Sequence record: LR588166.1
Direction: 5' to 3' (one strand)
Length of the DNA stretch: 64,000 bases
Shown: piece by piece, positions 47,469 through 58,707 of the stretch
How the letters are laid out: each line of letters begins with the position of its first letter
Numbering within the stretch: position 1 is the stretch's first letter
Program-made: the position numbers and the translations under genes
Notes under the pieces: generated by a model
Databases searched by the model: none
The model's input: the letters and a program-made list of their open reading frames with translations, nothing else
What the model was told of the DNA's origin: nothing

Positions 47469-47765
47469 ATGAATTGCGAACATTTTTTCCTCAGTGCAGT
47501 AAAAGAACTTCTGTCCCTGTACCACATTAAGAGTACTATTCAACCGTCTTCTGATAACCTCGAAGAATTGGTAGTAGTTATTACCGATACTGCTTTTGGT
47601 ACTATCAGATATGTTGGCAATAACACTGGATCAGTTATGTGTTATACTATGGGCGGTAATTACCCGTTCTATGACACTGAGTGTTATTCCAACCGAACTA
47701 TGATAGATTGTGTTATGTTGATATCAGTTTGGTATTCAATGTTCCCGACATTCGATAATAAGTAA
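47469..47765 (+). CDS. hypothetical protein
   Basis: AGGAG RBS before ATG 47469. Confidence 0.7.
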   Translation: MNCEHFFLSAVKELLSLYHIKSTIQPSSDNLEELVVVITDTAFGTIRYVGNNTGSVMCYTMGGNYPFYDTECYSNRTMIDCVMLISVWYSMFPTFDNK

Positions 47766-48021
47766 TATAATGGTTGCCCTATATAGTGTATGATGTTAGT
47801 TGTATACTATATAGAATAATTCTATTAACTGGGAGGGATTAATAAAAATATTTTCTTGACAATAGCAGGTATAGGATAATTCTATTATACTGAAAATTGT
47901 TATAGAAAAATATAGTTGACAAATTTTGAAAGTGATGAATTCCAACGCCGGGTGGCTGTAAGCTGAGACGGTTGACATTCGGTGAGTGGTGGATTGTTAC
48001 GCGGGTAGATTTTGAAATTCA

Positions 48022-48222
48022 CCGTCTATAGGTTCACTTACAAGTCACTTTCATTTATAAGTCATTTCCGTCTATAGGTTCACTTACAAGTCACTTTCAT
48101 TTATAAGTCATTTCCGTCTATAGGTTCACTTACAAGTCACTTTCATTTATAAGTCATTTCCGTCTATAGGTTCACTTACAAGTCACTTTCATTTATAAGT
48201 CATTTCCGTCTATAGGTTCACT
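48022..48222. repeat. perfect 46-bp tandem repeat, ~4.4 copies
   Basis: CCGTCTATAGGTTCACTTACAAGTCACTTTCATTTATAAGTCATTT at 48022, 48068, 48114, 48160, partial at 48206. Confidence 0.95.
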
Positions 48223-49984
48223 CATAACACATATAAGTTACTTCTACTCGCTTATAAGTATCTTTTGCTTATATGTTCATTTATAGGTTATGATAAATCA
48301 CCTTCAGTACTGTTACTACACACATTCAAACCTATAAGTCATTTCACTGTACTGTACTGTACTGTACTGTACCGTATCATATATACTTCATACAATTCTC
48401 TTCTTTATCATGCTGCTAGTAAACAATCTATGTTATTATGCGTAGAAATGTTGTATAGTGTATTATAGTAAGTATAGTATGATTGCTATACAATATTCCT
48501 AATCTCATATTGTTGTTTAACTTTCCAAATCTGTCTCGGCTGTTCTACTTTATGTCTCATAGTTACGTATTTTCTTTATCTAGGCGTATACGTAATAAAC
48601 AAAGTAACTTTATAAAAAATTACTATAACTCATTAAAATGGGTATACAGCGAAAGAGACATTAATAGATATATTACACGATACTCATTATGTAGAGCACT
48701 ATATAGAGGCCATTAAATAAAAATGTGTAGTATAATAAAAACATCTGTGTATTATAATAATATTAATATATCTTCATATGTTACAATCATTAAACTAGCT
48801 ACAACATATAGGTTAAAAGAATTTTCATACATTGGAAATTTAAATATATCTTTAATACGCAATAAAACCTATGTTACACTGAGTGTAAGTAAATATGGTA
48901 TAAAAATTAATGTTAATATTAGAAATATCTAGGAGAGTAAGGGTTATACGATATGATACATTCCTTAATGCTAAATATACACTTTTTAATAGTATACCGA
49001 ATTTAAGCATGTATAAAATAGGCATTGATGCTGATGATAACGTTATATCTATAATAGTTTACCAAACATATGAATAAAATATTTTTAATTTCTAATAATA
49101 TTACTTTAACGAAGTATAACATACTTTACTATTATTATTCTGCTATTGCAGTTAATACACATAAATTTTGGAAGGATAGAAGCTACGATATTGAAATAAC
49201 ATTTACAAGGGGCAATGCAATTATTCTGGAGTTGTTATTTCTAAATTGTAGAATAAAGGTTAGGAAACAATATGACTACGAATAAGATTATACACTACTC
49301 GCGTATTGTAGGGATGAACAGAATACGAAAATACATTGTTGTATTTTATAGATGTGAGTTTAAAAGTTTATATATACAGCTTAATAACGAGCTTGGCTAT
49401 TATGGAAGTTTAAGTTTAATGTATAGAGACTTTGATTCAGATATACTTTTTCGTATAATTCGATAATTATGAATATATTTAAAATTAGTGTTTTATCATA
49501 TGAAACAATGCAATTAGATACATTGCTTCGATATATTACAATACCCCAACATGTACCTATAAAGACTGTTTCTATAGTATATTTAAATGATTCAAAATTT
49601 GAAGTATACATTATCTTTGATAATATGAATTATATAATACTCACACATGAATAGTATTTTATTAAGATCTAGAATTCTATCATACGAAAATATAAATTCT
49701 TTTTTTAATATACTCTCGGCTATCAGTAGTAAGCGTAATCATACCTGGTCTGCTGTACGCAGCGTATCGTGCGAGTGTTTCAGAGACAATAATTACACAC
49801 GGGTAAATTTCTCTGTTGAAACCTTTGCAGATAATACATTTATTTTAGCCAAATATAGAAGTAACAAAGCATAACTCTATCTAAACATATATTAATATGC
49901 ACTAGGGTGAAGGGTGAATAGTATAAGATCGAAACTTGTATATAAGAAAGTGGATCATACATGATAACACGAATAAAACATGTA

Positions 49985-50130
49985 GGAATGAGTTATATGA
50001 GTGAAGTGGATGTGTGATTGTGTTGTGGCGAAATGAAGTGGATGAAGTGATGGGGTGAAGTGAAGTGAAGTGATTGTATGGAGTGGGTAAAGTGAAGTGA
50101 AGTGATTGTATGGAGTGGGTAAAGTGGATT
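49985..50130. repeat. purine/T-rich repeat tract with 2 x 32-bp perfect repeat and GTGAA pentamers
   Basis: AGTGAAGTGAAGTGATTGTATGGAGTGGGTAA at 50059 and 50091. Confidence 0.85.
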
Positions 50131-50263
50131 ATCTACTAGCACAATTGATTTAAAAAAATGCGTGCTAGCTCCACCATTCTAAAAAAATAAAATCTTGCTA
50201 TGCGAATGTATGCAGTTTTGCTATAATATTATTATATTTAATCTAATATAACGGAATTTTAAA

Positions 50264-50638
50264 ATGATATTTGTTTTTGGTAGTAATGAAGCGGGTCGAC
50301 ATGGCGCCGGCGCAGCAAAATTTGCACTACAGCGTAAAGGTGCAATCTACGGTATCGGTGTAGGTCATCATGGACAAAGTTATGCAATTCCTACTAAAGA
50401 TCATAACATAATTACACTACCGTATGCTGATATAGAAAAATATGTTAAACAGTTTTTAGAATATGCGAAAAATAATCCACAATTGCAATTTCAGGTAACC
50501 CGAATTGGTTGTGGTCTAGCAGGTTTCACTGATAACGAAATAGCTCCTCTGTTTGTTACTGCATCGGATAATTGCTATTTCGATAGTGCCTGGTCGCCTT
50601 ATCTTCCTGACAATTTTAAATTTTGGGGAAGTATATGA
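50264..50638 (+). CDS. macrodomain-like protein (A1S_2505-type phage protein)
   Basis: IFVFGSN..G.HG.GAA..A ... SYAIPTK ... FQVTRIGCGLAG. Confidence 0.75.
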   Translation: MIFVFGSNEAGRHGAGAAKFALQRKGAIYGIGVGHHGQSYAIPTKDHNIITLPYADIEKYVKQFLEYAKNNPQLQFQVTRIGCGLAGFTDNEIAPLFVTASDNCYFDSAWSPYLPDNFKFWGSI

Positions 50639-52551
50639 ATATAATAGAGAAAATACAAGACTATAATAGTGTTTTTGATAGAATAACAGTCTCACATTTA
50701 TTGCAATTAATAACAGGAAGTGAAAATGATTTTATCAATATAAAGATAGTAACATATAAAACTAGTGTAACTAGTAAACCTAGTGCAACATTAGAATATA
50801 GAACATGCAGTTTTCCTATAAAAATAGGATTAGTATAGTGAATAAACAAGCAGAATATATTCACGCATACATTAAGGTATTAAGCGTCTGTTCTATTAAT
50901 AAAATTATTAATAAGCGTGTGAAACATTTTAGTATATACATAACAGAAGTTATTCATGATTTTGATGGAAAATATTTAATTGTGAGAGCTAAATTTTATA
51001 TTGTAGGTATTTACGGTTGTTATAGCAAGCCGGTTATATACAGATGCATATAGATATATTAGATTATTCAGCACGTTTCGGCAGAAGGTCTAATGCCGTA
51101 TCTATGTTAATTTACCTTGCGTTTTTAACGGTTAATAGTAAACATATAAAAATAAAAATAGATAAATCGTCTAGGGTTTTCTTTTCTATAATAGAAAACA
51201 ACAATTTAAGATATAGTATAGGTATAGTATGTCAGTAAAGGATATACTAATTTTATCTAATTTCTTTAATAAAGAAAAGTCGATTGCATCTATTTGTCCC
51301 ATGCTAACAGTAAATTCAAATCTTGCTCCTTTAGAAATGCCGTTCGAAAACATAAAACTTCTAACTGTAAATATACATTTTTCCAAAGCTACATCAAACC
51401 ACATAAAATATGAGTTTACTTTTGTAACAGACAACACCGTACTTAACTACTTAAATGGATATGCAGTGTATATAAGACATGATTAAATTTTTCGACAGTG
51501 TTACCAATATCCTATTTTTATCCCATTATATTATTGTAAATGATAAACTTATATCTGCATTTGTAAAATTTTACAATACGGATAAAAATAAAGATGTTAA
51601 ACCGCATTTTATTATAGTTACAGACTATTATAATAGAATATCGAAAAATATATTTTTCGTAGTAGACGATGCGTATTATGTAACTAGGTATAACGAATGA
51701 ATTATCATACCAAACTTTTTACATCAGTTAATACATTTTCTATATCACATGCCATGCACTGCAATATATGTAATGCACATTTAGCTAACATAACGTTTTT
51801 ATTTTATATTAAAGATGCATATTGTGTAGATTTGCATCACGTTAAGTTAACAACAAAAAAATTGTTTAATAAAGATGAAATTTATATGTTTACTAATATA
51901 AATTCTTTAAAAATATGTGAAATACGTTGTGTATAACTTTTTATATTATAATAAAAAGATTATAGTTTTATAGCATGATTGAGAATCATCTAAATTTATG
52001 TTTATTGTATATACGAATGCCTAATAATCTTACTTATTAACGTACTATTCGACATTATAGGATTTTATAATTGATATGTATATAATAGACCTGCAATATT
52101 TTTATTCCTACAAATCTATAATAAAATCTATAATATATATTAACGCACATTCCATTAATGTACGTTTTTCATTAATAAAATACCACTACGCATGGCTAGT
52201 ATATACTAGTCACGGTCATACATTATTCAACAAATTAATAACAGATAATATTGCTAAGTAATCGTTTCATATTTGCTTATAAACACAATGTTTACATAAT
52301 TGTATTACATAGTGTATTATTAAGTATTGTTGCAAGGATCGCAACAACGGAGATAACAAGGAATGTTAACAATTTCATCAGTAGAATTGGCATATGTAAA
52401 TACTACATGCCTTTTTAGGGCATCTATGTTGCTAAGGGAAATGCCAGGTAGTAATATAAGAGTTTATCTAGGTAAAAAAGTACAAACGATGGTAATGTTG
52501 TCACGTACATTACCTGTTAAAATTGGATATATTCCGTAGAAGGGTTAAGAA

Positions 52552-53529
52552 ATGACTATAGTATATGCACATGAAATAAAAAATGATGTTTTTGTAGTTA
52601 GAACTAGTGCATATCTGTTTAACAATAATACAGTAATCCCTAGGCAAAATAACGGAAAACCTATTATTTCTGTCGATTTTGCTATACATGACGGAATAAA
52701 AGAATATGCAGTAAAAAGTAATGGTTTGATAGAATTTTATGCATCTAAAGACGACATAGAAACTAAACAGTACACAATAATAACATATATTCATTATGTT
52801 TCTCATTATATTCATTCTGTAGATAATACCATATTGTCTGTTCAAGATTATGACACATTTAAACTATGTAATGAAATAGATAAAGGATATTTAAATCTTT
52901 ATTCCGAGTGCTATGCTAAGACAAAATACAAAGAAGATACAATCCAAATTGTCATACAAAATAAGCTCGAAAGTATTGAAGATGAAATGCTAAGAAAGCA
53001 TGCAATGCCTGTATTTTTGCCAGATCCGCACAACGTAAGTTCTGGAAAATCAGTGTATTCTATAAATTTAGAAAATGTAATTATAGATTACATTGAAACT
53101 AATGTTAATTCTGTAGTTAAAAATAAACTTGAACAAAAAATAAAAAATCCTTCTGAACCGTATTTTTATAAATCGAAAATTCTTAGAAATCAATATTATA
53201 TAGAAAAAACAAACAATTCTATTGCACTAAGTATAGGGCAATCACTACACAATACACTCTATACTAGAGATACATTTGTTGGGTCTATAGAAAGTATTAA
53301 CATATCGTTAAAACATGCTATGAAACAACTAAAACTGATGTGCGATCTTTATATATCGTTAAATGATACATCAAATACCGATATGACCTTTTTAGTTAGC
53401 CATCTTGACTCACTAGCTAGAATAGTACGACAGATAGATTTTAAAATAAAAGATAAAGACAAAAGAACCTTATTAACTGATTCGATTGATAAAATAAAAG
53501 AAAGTATAATAAAAAGAAAAGAAGATTAA
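52552..53529 (+). CDS. hypothetical protein (325 aa)
   Basis: Long ORF, AAGGG RBS. Confidence 0.8.
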   Translation: MTIVYAHEIKNDVFVVRTSAYLFNNNTVIPRQNNGKPIISVDFAIHDGIKEYAVKSNGLIEFYASKDDIETKQYTIITYIHYVSHYIHSVDNTILSVQDYDTFKLCNEIDKGYLNLYSECYAKTKYKEDTIQIVIQNKLESIEDEMLRKHAMPVFLPDPHNVSSGKSVYSINLENVIIDYIETNVNSVVKNKLEQKIKNPSEPYFYKSKILRNQYYIEKTNNSIALSIGQSLHNTLYTRDTFVGSIESINISLKHAMKQLKLMCDLYISLNDTSNTDMTFLVSHLDSLARIVRQIDFKIKDKDKRTLLTDSIDKIKESIIKRKED

Positions 53530-53544
53530 ATCTTCTTTTCTTTT
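53512..53544. terminator. bidirectional terminator overlapping the convergent gene ends
   Basis: AAAAGAAAAGAAGAT-TAA-ATCTTCTTTTCTTTT. Confidence 0.75.
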
Positions 53545-54763
53545 ATATTATTAAAATTGTTTTTGTATAAGTATACGTATTATTGTCGTATGTAGTTACT
53601 CGCCATGTTATGTCTTGCGTCTGTCCCACTGTTCCGGAATTTGACGAAAAAGTCCATGTTCTGTTAACTACAACAGGATCGTTAGGTCTTACATAATTAA
53701 CAGAGCCCTTTGAATTTGTTCTAGTTGTATTAGACCCTACAGGCAGAGGGTATGCAACTCCGTCAAATACTATTTCTTCAGATACGATTGCTTGATAGCC
53801 GAATGTAAATATTGCAGATCCGGTTATACTAGCACCCTGTTGTACTTGGTTAGGACCAGAAATGTTCATAGTAGGAACTATTGCTGCACTATTTGTTAAA
53901 TTATATAACAGTGCATAAGTAGGCGATATAACAGGATATATTGCACTAGAAATATGTTCTATTACTGTAAATTGCAAATTTCCTTGAACTATAGTTTGTG
54001 TGTCAAATTCCGTAAATATTACATAAAATGATATAACAGATGGACTGTTTAACTTTGCTTGAACAGACATCTGGACATTGTCTATTTTAAGTATAAAAAC
54101 TGTTTGATATGTATTATTTAATTCATAGAACGTTTTAGTACATGGTTTGCTGTTAGTTGGTACGCTTGGTGCAGATATTCCGAAAAATACAACAGAATTT
54201 ATATTTTCTAAAAGCTCCTTCATCTTTGTAGAAATAGTAGTGCTCGGCGAGGTCAACTGAGGCGTTATTCTTATTGCGCCACCTGTATTGAAAAATTGTC
54301 TTGCATGATTATTATCATTAAATGTGACAGTAAACTCTGAATATACAGATTGATCCCACGGAGCACTCGTTGGTCTACTAGATGTTAGTTTAGTAGTATA
54401 AGTCGGATTTGCTAATTTACCTCTATTAGTTTCTAATAAAGATAATGCATCGCCTAATGGTAATAATGTACCGGGCGGTTGCATTACATCATAGTTATAT
54501 GCAGCAATTGTGTTATTTGAAGATACAATTGCTGGCCAGGCAGCGCCTAGTAACGATGTGCCTTGATGTAATGCAATAGTTTGCATAGTAGAAAACAGTG
54601 TATTCCAGTTAGATGCACTGATTATATTTCCTATAGCAACTTGTTGTACAGGAACAGTCTGACCGTATCCGTAACTACCCGTTCCTGTACCTAAAATATT
54701 TTGTATTTTAGAAGAAAATAGATTATAATCAGCAGCCTGTATTACCTGATTTCTTGCGTACAT
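53543..54763 (-). CDS. virion structural protein (tail/baseplate-associated, Ig-like C-terminus)
   Basis: 406 aa; GTG..GYGQ N-terminus, F.D...AR.FFN.GG.I motif; in structural operon. Confidence 0.7.
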   Translation of the reverse strand: MYARNQVIQAADYNLFSSKIQNILGTGTGSYGYGQTVPVQQVAIGNIISASNWNTLFSTMQTIALHQGTSLLGAAWPAIVSSNNTIAAYNYDVMQPPGTLLPLGDALSLLETNRGKLANPTYTTKLTSSRPTSAPWDQSVYSEFTVTFNDNNHARQFFNTGGAIRITPQLTSPSTTISTKMKELLENINSVVFFGISAPSVPTNSKPCTKTFYELNNTYQTVFILKIDNVQMSVQAKLNSPSVISFYVIFTEFDTQTIVQGNLQFTVIEHISSAIYPVISPTYALLYNLTNSAAIVPTMNISGPNQVQQGASITGSAIFTFGYQAIVSEEIVFDGVAYPLPVGSNTTRTNSKGSVNYVRPNDPVVVNRTWTFSSNSGTVGQTQDITWRVTTYDNNTYTYTKTILII

Positions 54764-56199
54764 TATTTAGAGCCTATTGCACATAAAACCAATTCTACAT
54801 CCGATGTTGATTTAGAACTAATAGCACGTCCTATAATACTATATACACCCATAGGACCTAACTGTTGCAATTCTGACATTGTTATTCTGCGAGCAACGCC
54901 AGGAACATCACTAGCAACTAATCTATCGCCCTTAGATATGGGTCCTATTACTTTCACGGGTACTCTTCCTGCTAATGCGACAAACGGATGCGTGTCATCT
55001 GTCCCTGCGTCGGCATTCATCATTATGCCTGCACTTGTACTTATTACACCGAATACTTCTGTATCTGCATCGAGTGTTGTCATTGTTATTTCTTTAGAAC
55101 CACCCAATTTAACTACAGTTCCTGTATCTAATTCTCCATCAGCTTCATATCTTTCTGCAAGATCTGCATATTTACTTGATGTAGACGTGCCTATTAAATT
55201 AGTTCCATAAATATTTTGGAAAGGACTGGTTTGACTTCCTATAGAAGAAGTAGTTGTTCTAGCATTTATTTTAGATGTTGTTATTTCGTTTATGTATGAT
55301 AGGCCAAATGCATTATTAACATCACCGATTGTGGTAGTATCAGGTACACCAGGAATTATCTTATCTCTTGCATATAATTCCATACCGTATATTTTAGAAT
55401 ATCTATTTGTATCTGAACCTAAAGTAAACGCATTAGTTGTGCTAGGTATTAAGTTAGTAATAACACCATAACCTGGCTGCCCAGATCCGACCGATAAACT
55501 ATTAGCATACATCCCGCTTGCATATATACCTGCAATTCTACTCGAAGCACTACCTAGAGTATCAGTTGTGTTTTTCATCCCAACTGCTGTATCACTAAGA
55601 GGTATAAAACCTAAAGTAATATTACCGTTTGATCTAGAAAATACAATTTCTTGTGTTGCAAGAAATCTTCTTGCATATATATCTGCAAATGTTAAACTTG
55701 CCGAACCTATAGAATACTGAGAATTTGTACTGGGTAGTACATTACCGCCTATAGTAGTAGAACCTAATTGAGTTGTTCCTGCAACTAAATTAGTTGTATT
55801 AACTGTACTGAAATAACCGACTCTGAATCTATTTGCGGCTGCGCCTAAATCTACTGTATTTGTTGCAGGAATTATTGTAGAATCTACTGTACTTATTAAT
55901 GATTTCCACGATGCATGATTTGGGTTTGCACTAGTGTTGTCTGTAGAATTGACAGGATCGTTTCCTATCCACACTTTCATTACATTAGTTCTAGTATCAA
56001 ACCAAAGTTGCCCTTTTATTGCACCCCGAGGAGATGTATTATTTGCAAAGTTTTCTAATGTTCTTATTGTAGACTGTGCTAAAGATTGTCCATATGCAGG
56101 TGTTATTCTACCAACTAAGCTAGTAGAATATACGTTAGATATAGTACCGTCAGGTATTGCTATTATATTTCCGTTTGACTTTGTAATTGTATATGACAT
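54763..56199 (-). CDS. tail fibre-like protein with C-terminal intramolecular chaperone/autocleavage domain
   Basis: DLG...RF..Y repeats; SSKYADLAERY...GTVV.LGG ... VALAGRVPVKV. Confidence 0.75.
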   Translation of the reverse strand: MSYTITKSNGNIIAIPDGTISNVYSTSLVGRITPAYGQSLAQSTIRTLENFANNTSPRGAIKGQLWFDTRTNVMKVWIGNDPVNSTDNTSANPNHASWKSLISTVDSTIIPATNTVDLGAAANRFRVGYFSTVNTTNLVAGTTQLGSTTIGGNVLPSTNSQYSIGSASLTFADIYARRFLATQEIVFSRSNGNITLGFIPLSDTAVGMKNTTDTLGSASSRIAGIYASGMYANSLSVGSGQPGYGVITNLIPSTTNAFTLGSDTNRYSKIYGMELYARDKIIPGVPDTTTIGDVNNAFGLSYINEITTSKINARTTTSSIGSQTSPFQNIYGTNLIGTSTSSKYADLAERYEADGELDTGTVVKLGGSKEITMTTLDADTEVFGVISTSAGIMMNADAGTDDTHPFVALAGRVPVKVIGPISKGDRLVASDVPGVARRITMSELQQLGPMGVYSIIGRAISSKSTSDVELVLCAIGSK

Positions 56200-56201
56200 T
56201 A

Positions 56202-57947
56202 TTAACCTACCCTAATCCATACGTATGCACATTGCCACGGAGATTGGTTATTATGTTTTCCGTCGCCGCCGACAGAAGAAGTTAGAGGAGCTGTGGTAAC
56301 GCTCTGGAATCCGTAACCGTCTTCGACCCTAGCAGATTGACCGCCGACTGAACCGAATCTACCCGATTGCGAAACGTTATTTCCGAAACCTTGTATATGC
56401 TGATGCGCTGGCATCTCTGCTACAGTAAGTTTATGGAAATAAGTTCCTCCTGTTGATCCGGCAGCATATCCACCCGAATCTCCATTTGCATCAGTAGTAG
56501 ATCCGTTCCCGACTATAGATCTGCCCTGTGCATACGGATTCCAGACCCCGAATCCTAAATAAGTTGCTGGGTTTGCCGAATTAGTTGCGTTAATGTATAC
56601 AGAACCTATAGGATATACTAATTCTCTAGTAGCTGCAATAGCAGTTAAAATTTTCTGATCTACTTGGTCTTGGGTATAAACGGTAGGAAGATTGCCAGTA
56701 TGCCATATTCTTTGACCGTTTATATATAGTGCGCCGTCGTTTACGCCATCTGTATGCAGTCGAACATCGTAATCAGTAGAAGAGTTCGTGGCATGGTGAA
56801 AATCTAAATACCTAGCTATTTCTGTAACACCAGATGTACTAACAACAGGAATCTTGTTAGCCATATTTCCAGGAACACCGGGTGCTATAACATCGTGTGA
56901 CGCTGCTGTGCCTAATCCAACTACAGTTGTGTTCATTGTAACGTTTGCAGTACCGTCTAATACTACTGAACCTAAAACATTTCCAGTTAGTGTTAATGTT
57001 CTACCAAACGTCCATTTATCTGCAGAAGCTGCTCTGGTTGCATTAGTCGCACTTGATGCATTACCTACGAAATTTACAGAATACATGTTTCTATAGCGCC
57101 GAGCAGTAGAACCCAAGTCATACGTATTATCTATTACAGGCATCAAATGAGAATTTAAACCTTGATTTGTGCCAGTTCCTAATGTTAATAACGTCGTATT
57201 TACATCTTGGCCGAAGAATCTTGTTACTCTATATGAAGTACCACCTATAATCCATGTACCCCTACAGAATAAATCGTTATTAGGTCCGTTTTCTAATGCT
57301 ATAACAGAAGAACCATTAGTAAAAGTTATACCACCAGAATTAATCCATGCTTTCTTTGTATATAAATTATCCCATTGTTTTGCAGACGAACCCAAACTAG
57401 ATGATGTTATAAACTGACAAGGATTCGGCATAGTCGATTGGGTTTCGGGTAATATGTCGCCTTGAACTGAAGTATTTCCTACAACTGTAAGAGCAGTTCT
57501 GTTAGAACTAGATGTACATTTTCTTAAAGTTGCTTCTGTTCCGAAAAAGCCTACTGCATAGATATTTTTAAATCTAAGGGTAGGAGACCCTATATTAATT
57601 GTATTATCAACCTTTGGCAATAGATCTTGTATTAATGCTCCGCCAATAGGAGTCCACATTTCGTTAGATCTATCTGCACTAGTGTTATCGTTGGGAGATA
57701 GAGGGTCTGCTCCTTTCCATACTTTAAGTATTTCCTGCTGAGTATCATACCACAGTTGGCCCTTAATAGCCCCCCGAGGCGGAATTGTATTGGCAAAATT
57801 TTCTAAATGCCTAATTGTACTCTGTGCTATTTCTCCGCCATATGGTGATATGTCTTTACCTAGCAATGGCAAAGTATAATTCTCTAATATCGTTTGGTCT
57901 GCAACAGTAATAGGGGTGCCGTTACTTTTAGAAATATTATATGACAT
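56202..57947 (-). CDS. tail fibre / baseplate-attached protein with T4 gp10/gp12-like C-terminus
   Basis: N-terminus paralogous to the 478 aa protein; YPIGSVY...NPA.YLGFG.W...GR..VG; EMPAHQH. Confidence 0.75.
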   Translation of the reverse strand: MSYNISKSNGTPITVADQTILENYTLPLLGKDISPYGGEIAQSTIRHLENFANTIPPRGAIKGQLWYDTQQEILKVWKGADPLSPNDNTSADRSNEMWTPIGGALIQDLLPKVDNTINIGSPTLRFKNIYAVGFFGTEATLRKCTSSSNRTALTVVGNTSVQGDILPETQSTMPNPCQFITSSSLGSSAKQWDNLYTKKAWINSGGITFTNGSSVIALENGPNNDLFCRGTWIIGGTSYRVTRFFGQDVNTTLLTLGTGTNQGLNSHLMPVIDNTYDLGSTARRYRNMYSVNFVGNASSATNATRAASADKWTFGRTLTLTGNVLGSVVLDGTANVTMNTTVVGLGTAASHDVIAPGVPGNMANKIPVVSTSGVTEIARYLDFHHATNSSTDYDVRLHTDGVNDGALYINGQRIWHTGNLPTVYTQDQVDQKILTAIAATRELVYPIGSVYINATNSANPATYLGFGVWNPYAQGRSIVGNGSTTDANGDSGGYAAGSTGGTYFHKLTVAEMPAHQHIQGFGNNVSQSGRFGSVGGQSARVEDGYGFQSVTTAPLTSSVGGDGKHNNQSPWQCAYVWIRVG

Positions 57948-57950
57948 AAA

Positions 57951-58556
57951 TTACCCCATTTGCACTCTAACAGTATATTGTATTTGTAATGCTCTATTAG
58001 ATGATTTTTGTATAGGATGGAATATTACATGAGTAATCATTATTGCTTCACTTTGATCTAAATTTCCAGCTATACTAGGCGGACCTACATATAACGCAAT
58101 TTCATCAAATACAGAACTATCTTTATTATCTTCTGCAAAACTGGGAGCTCTGTCTATAATTTGTTGTTGTAGTCCTGCTTCATCGTATGCAAGAGTAGTG
58201 GTTACTTTTAAATCTGAAAAGTTTGTACTTCCTAAAATAACTTCTATTTTATTTTGAAGTGTATTATCTATTTCTTTTTTAAATGTTTCGTTATATAACG
58301 AATCGTCGGGATTGCGTATAATAGAAACATTGGGTTCCCTATAAATTATTTCACCCTCAGCAGTCACTCGAGTGCCACCGTTGCCGAAAGCCATATATCT
58401 TACGTGCCCGTTATCTTGTCCAGCCAATGCAGATACTATAGCAGCAGCCAAATTACCGAAATGAATTGCATTCTTTTTGCTAAGAAGTATTTCACCCGTG
58501 TCTTTATCTACAATAGTAAGATGCCCAATAGCACGGATAGTTCCACTATCTTGCAT
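57951..58556 (-). CDS. virion structural protein (baseplate-associated)
   Basis: KKNAIH.GN ... FDEIALY ... THVIFHPIQKS.NR..QIQYTVR. Confidence 0.7.
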   Translation of the reverse strand: MQDSGTIRAIGHLTIVDKDTGEILLSKKNAIHFGNLAAAIVSALAGQDNGHVRYMAFGNGGTRVTAEGEIIYREPNVSIIRNPDDSLYNETFKKEIDNTLQNKIEVILGSTNFSDLKVTTTLAYDEAGLQQQIIDRAPSFAEDNKDSSVFDEIALYVGPPSIAGNLDQSEAIMITHVIFHPIQKSSNRALQIQYTVRVQMG

Positions 58557-58707
58557 ATTAACCCCTTTTATTTAATAATTCTTTATTTGTTTTCAGATCT
58601 ACAATTTTAACGTGATCGAGGGCGTGACCGAGCACGTCCTCGTCTGGTTTTTTATTGTTACTGTTATCTTTCTTATCATCCATATCGATATTTATCTGTG
58701 TTTTAAA

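Larger units (their letters stand above)
48483..52261 (+). other. tandem array C of 60-85 aa AT-rich ORFs related to arrays A/B
   Basis: Starts such as MNKIFLISNNIT, MSVKDILILSN, MYIIDLQY; coupled ORFs at 48483, 48723, 49070, 49272, 49469, 49647, 50635, 50805, 51044, 51229, 51479, 51697, 52076. Confidence 0.6.
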
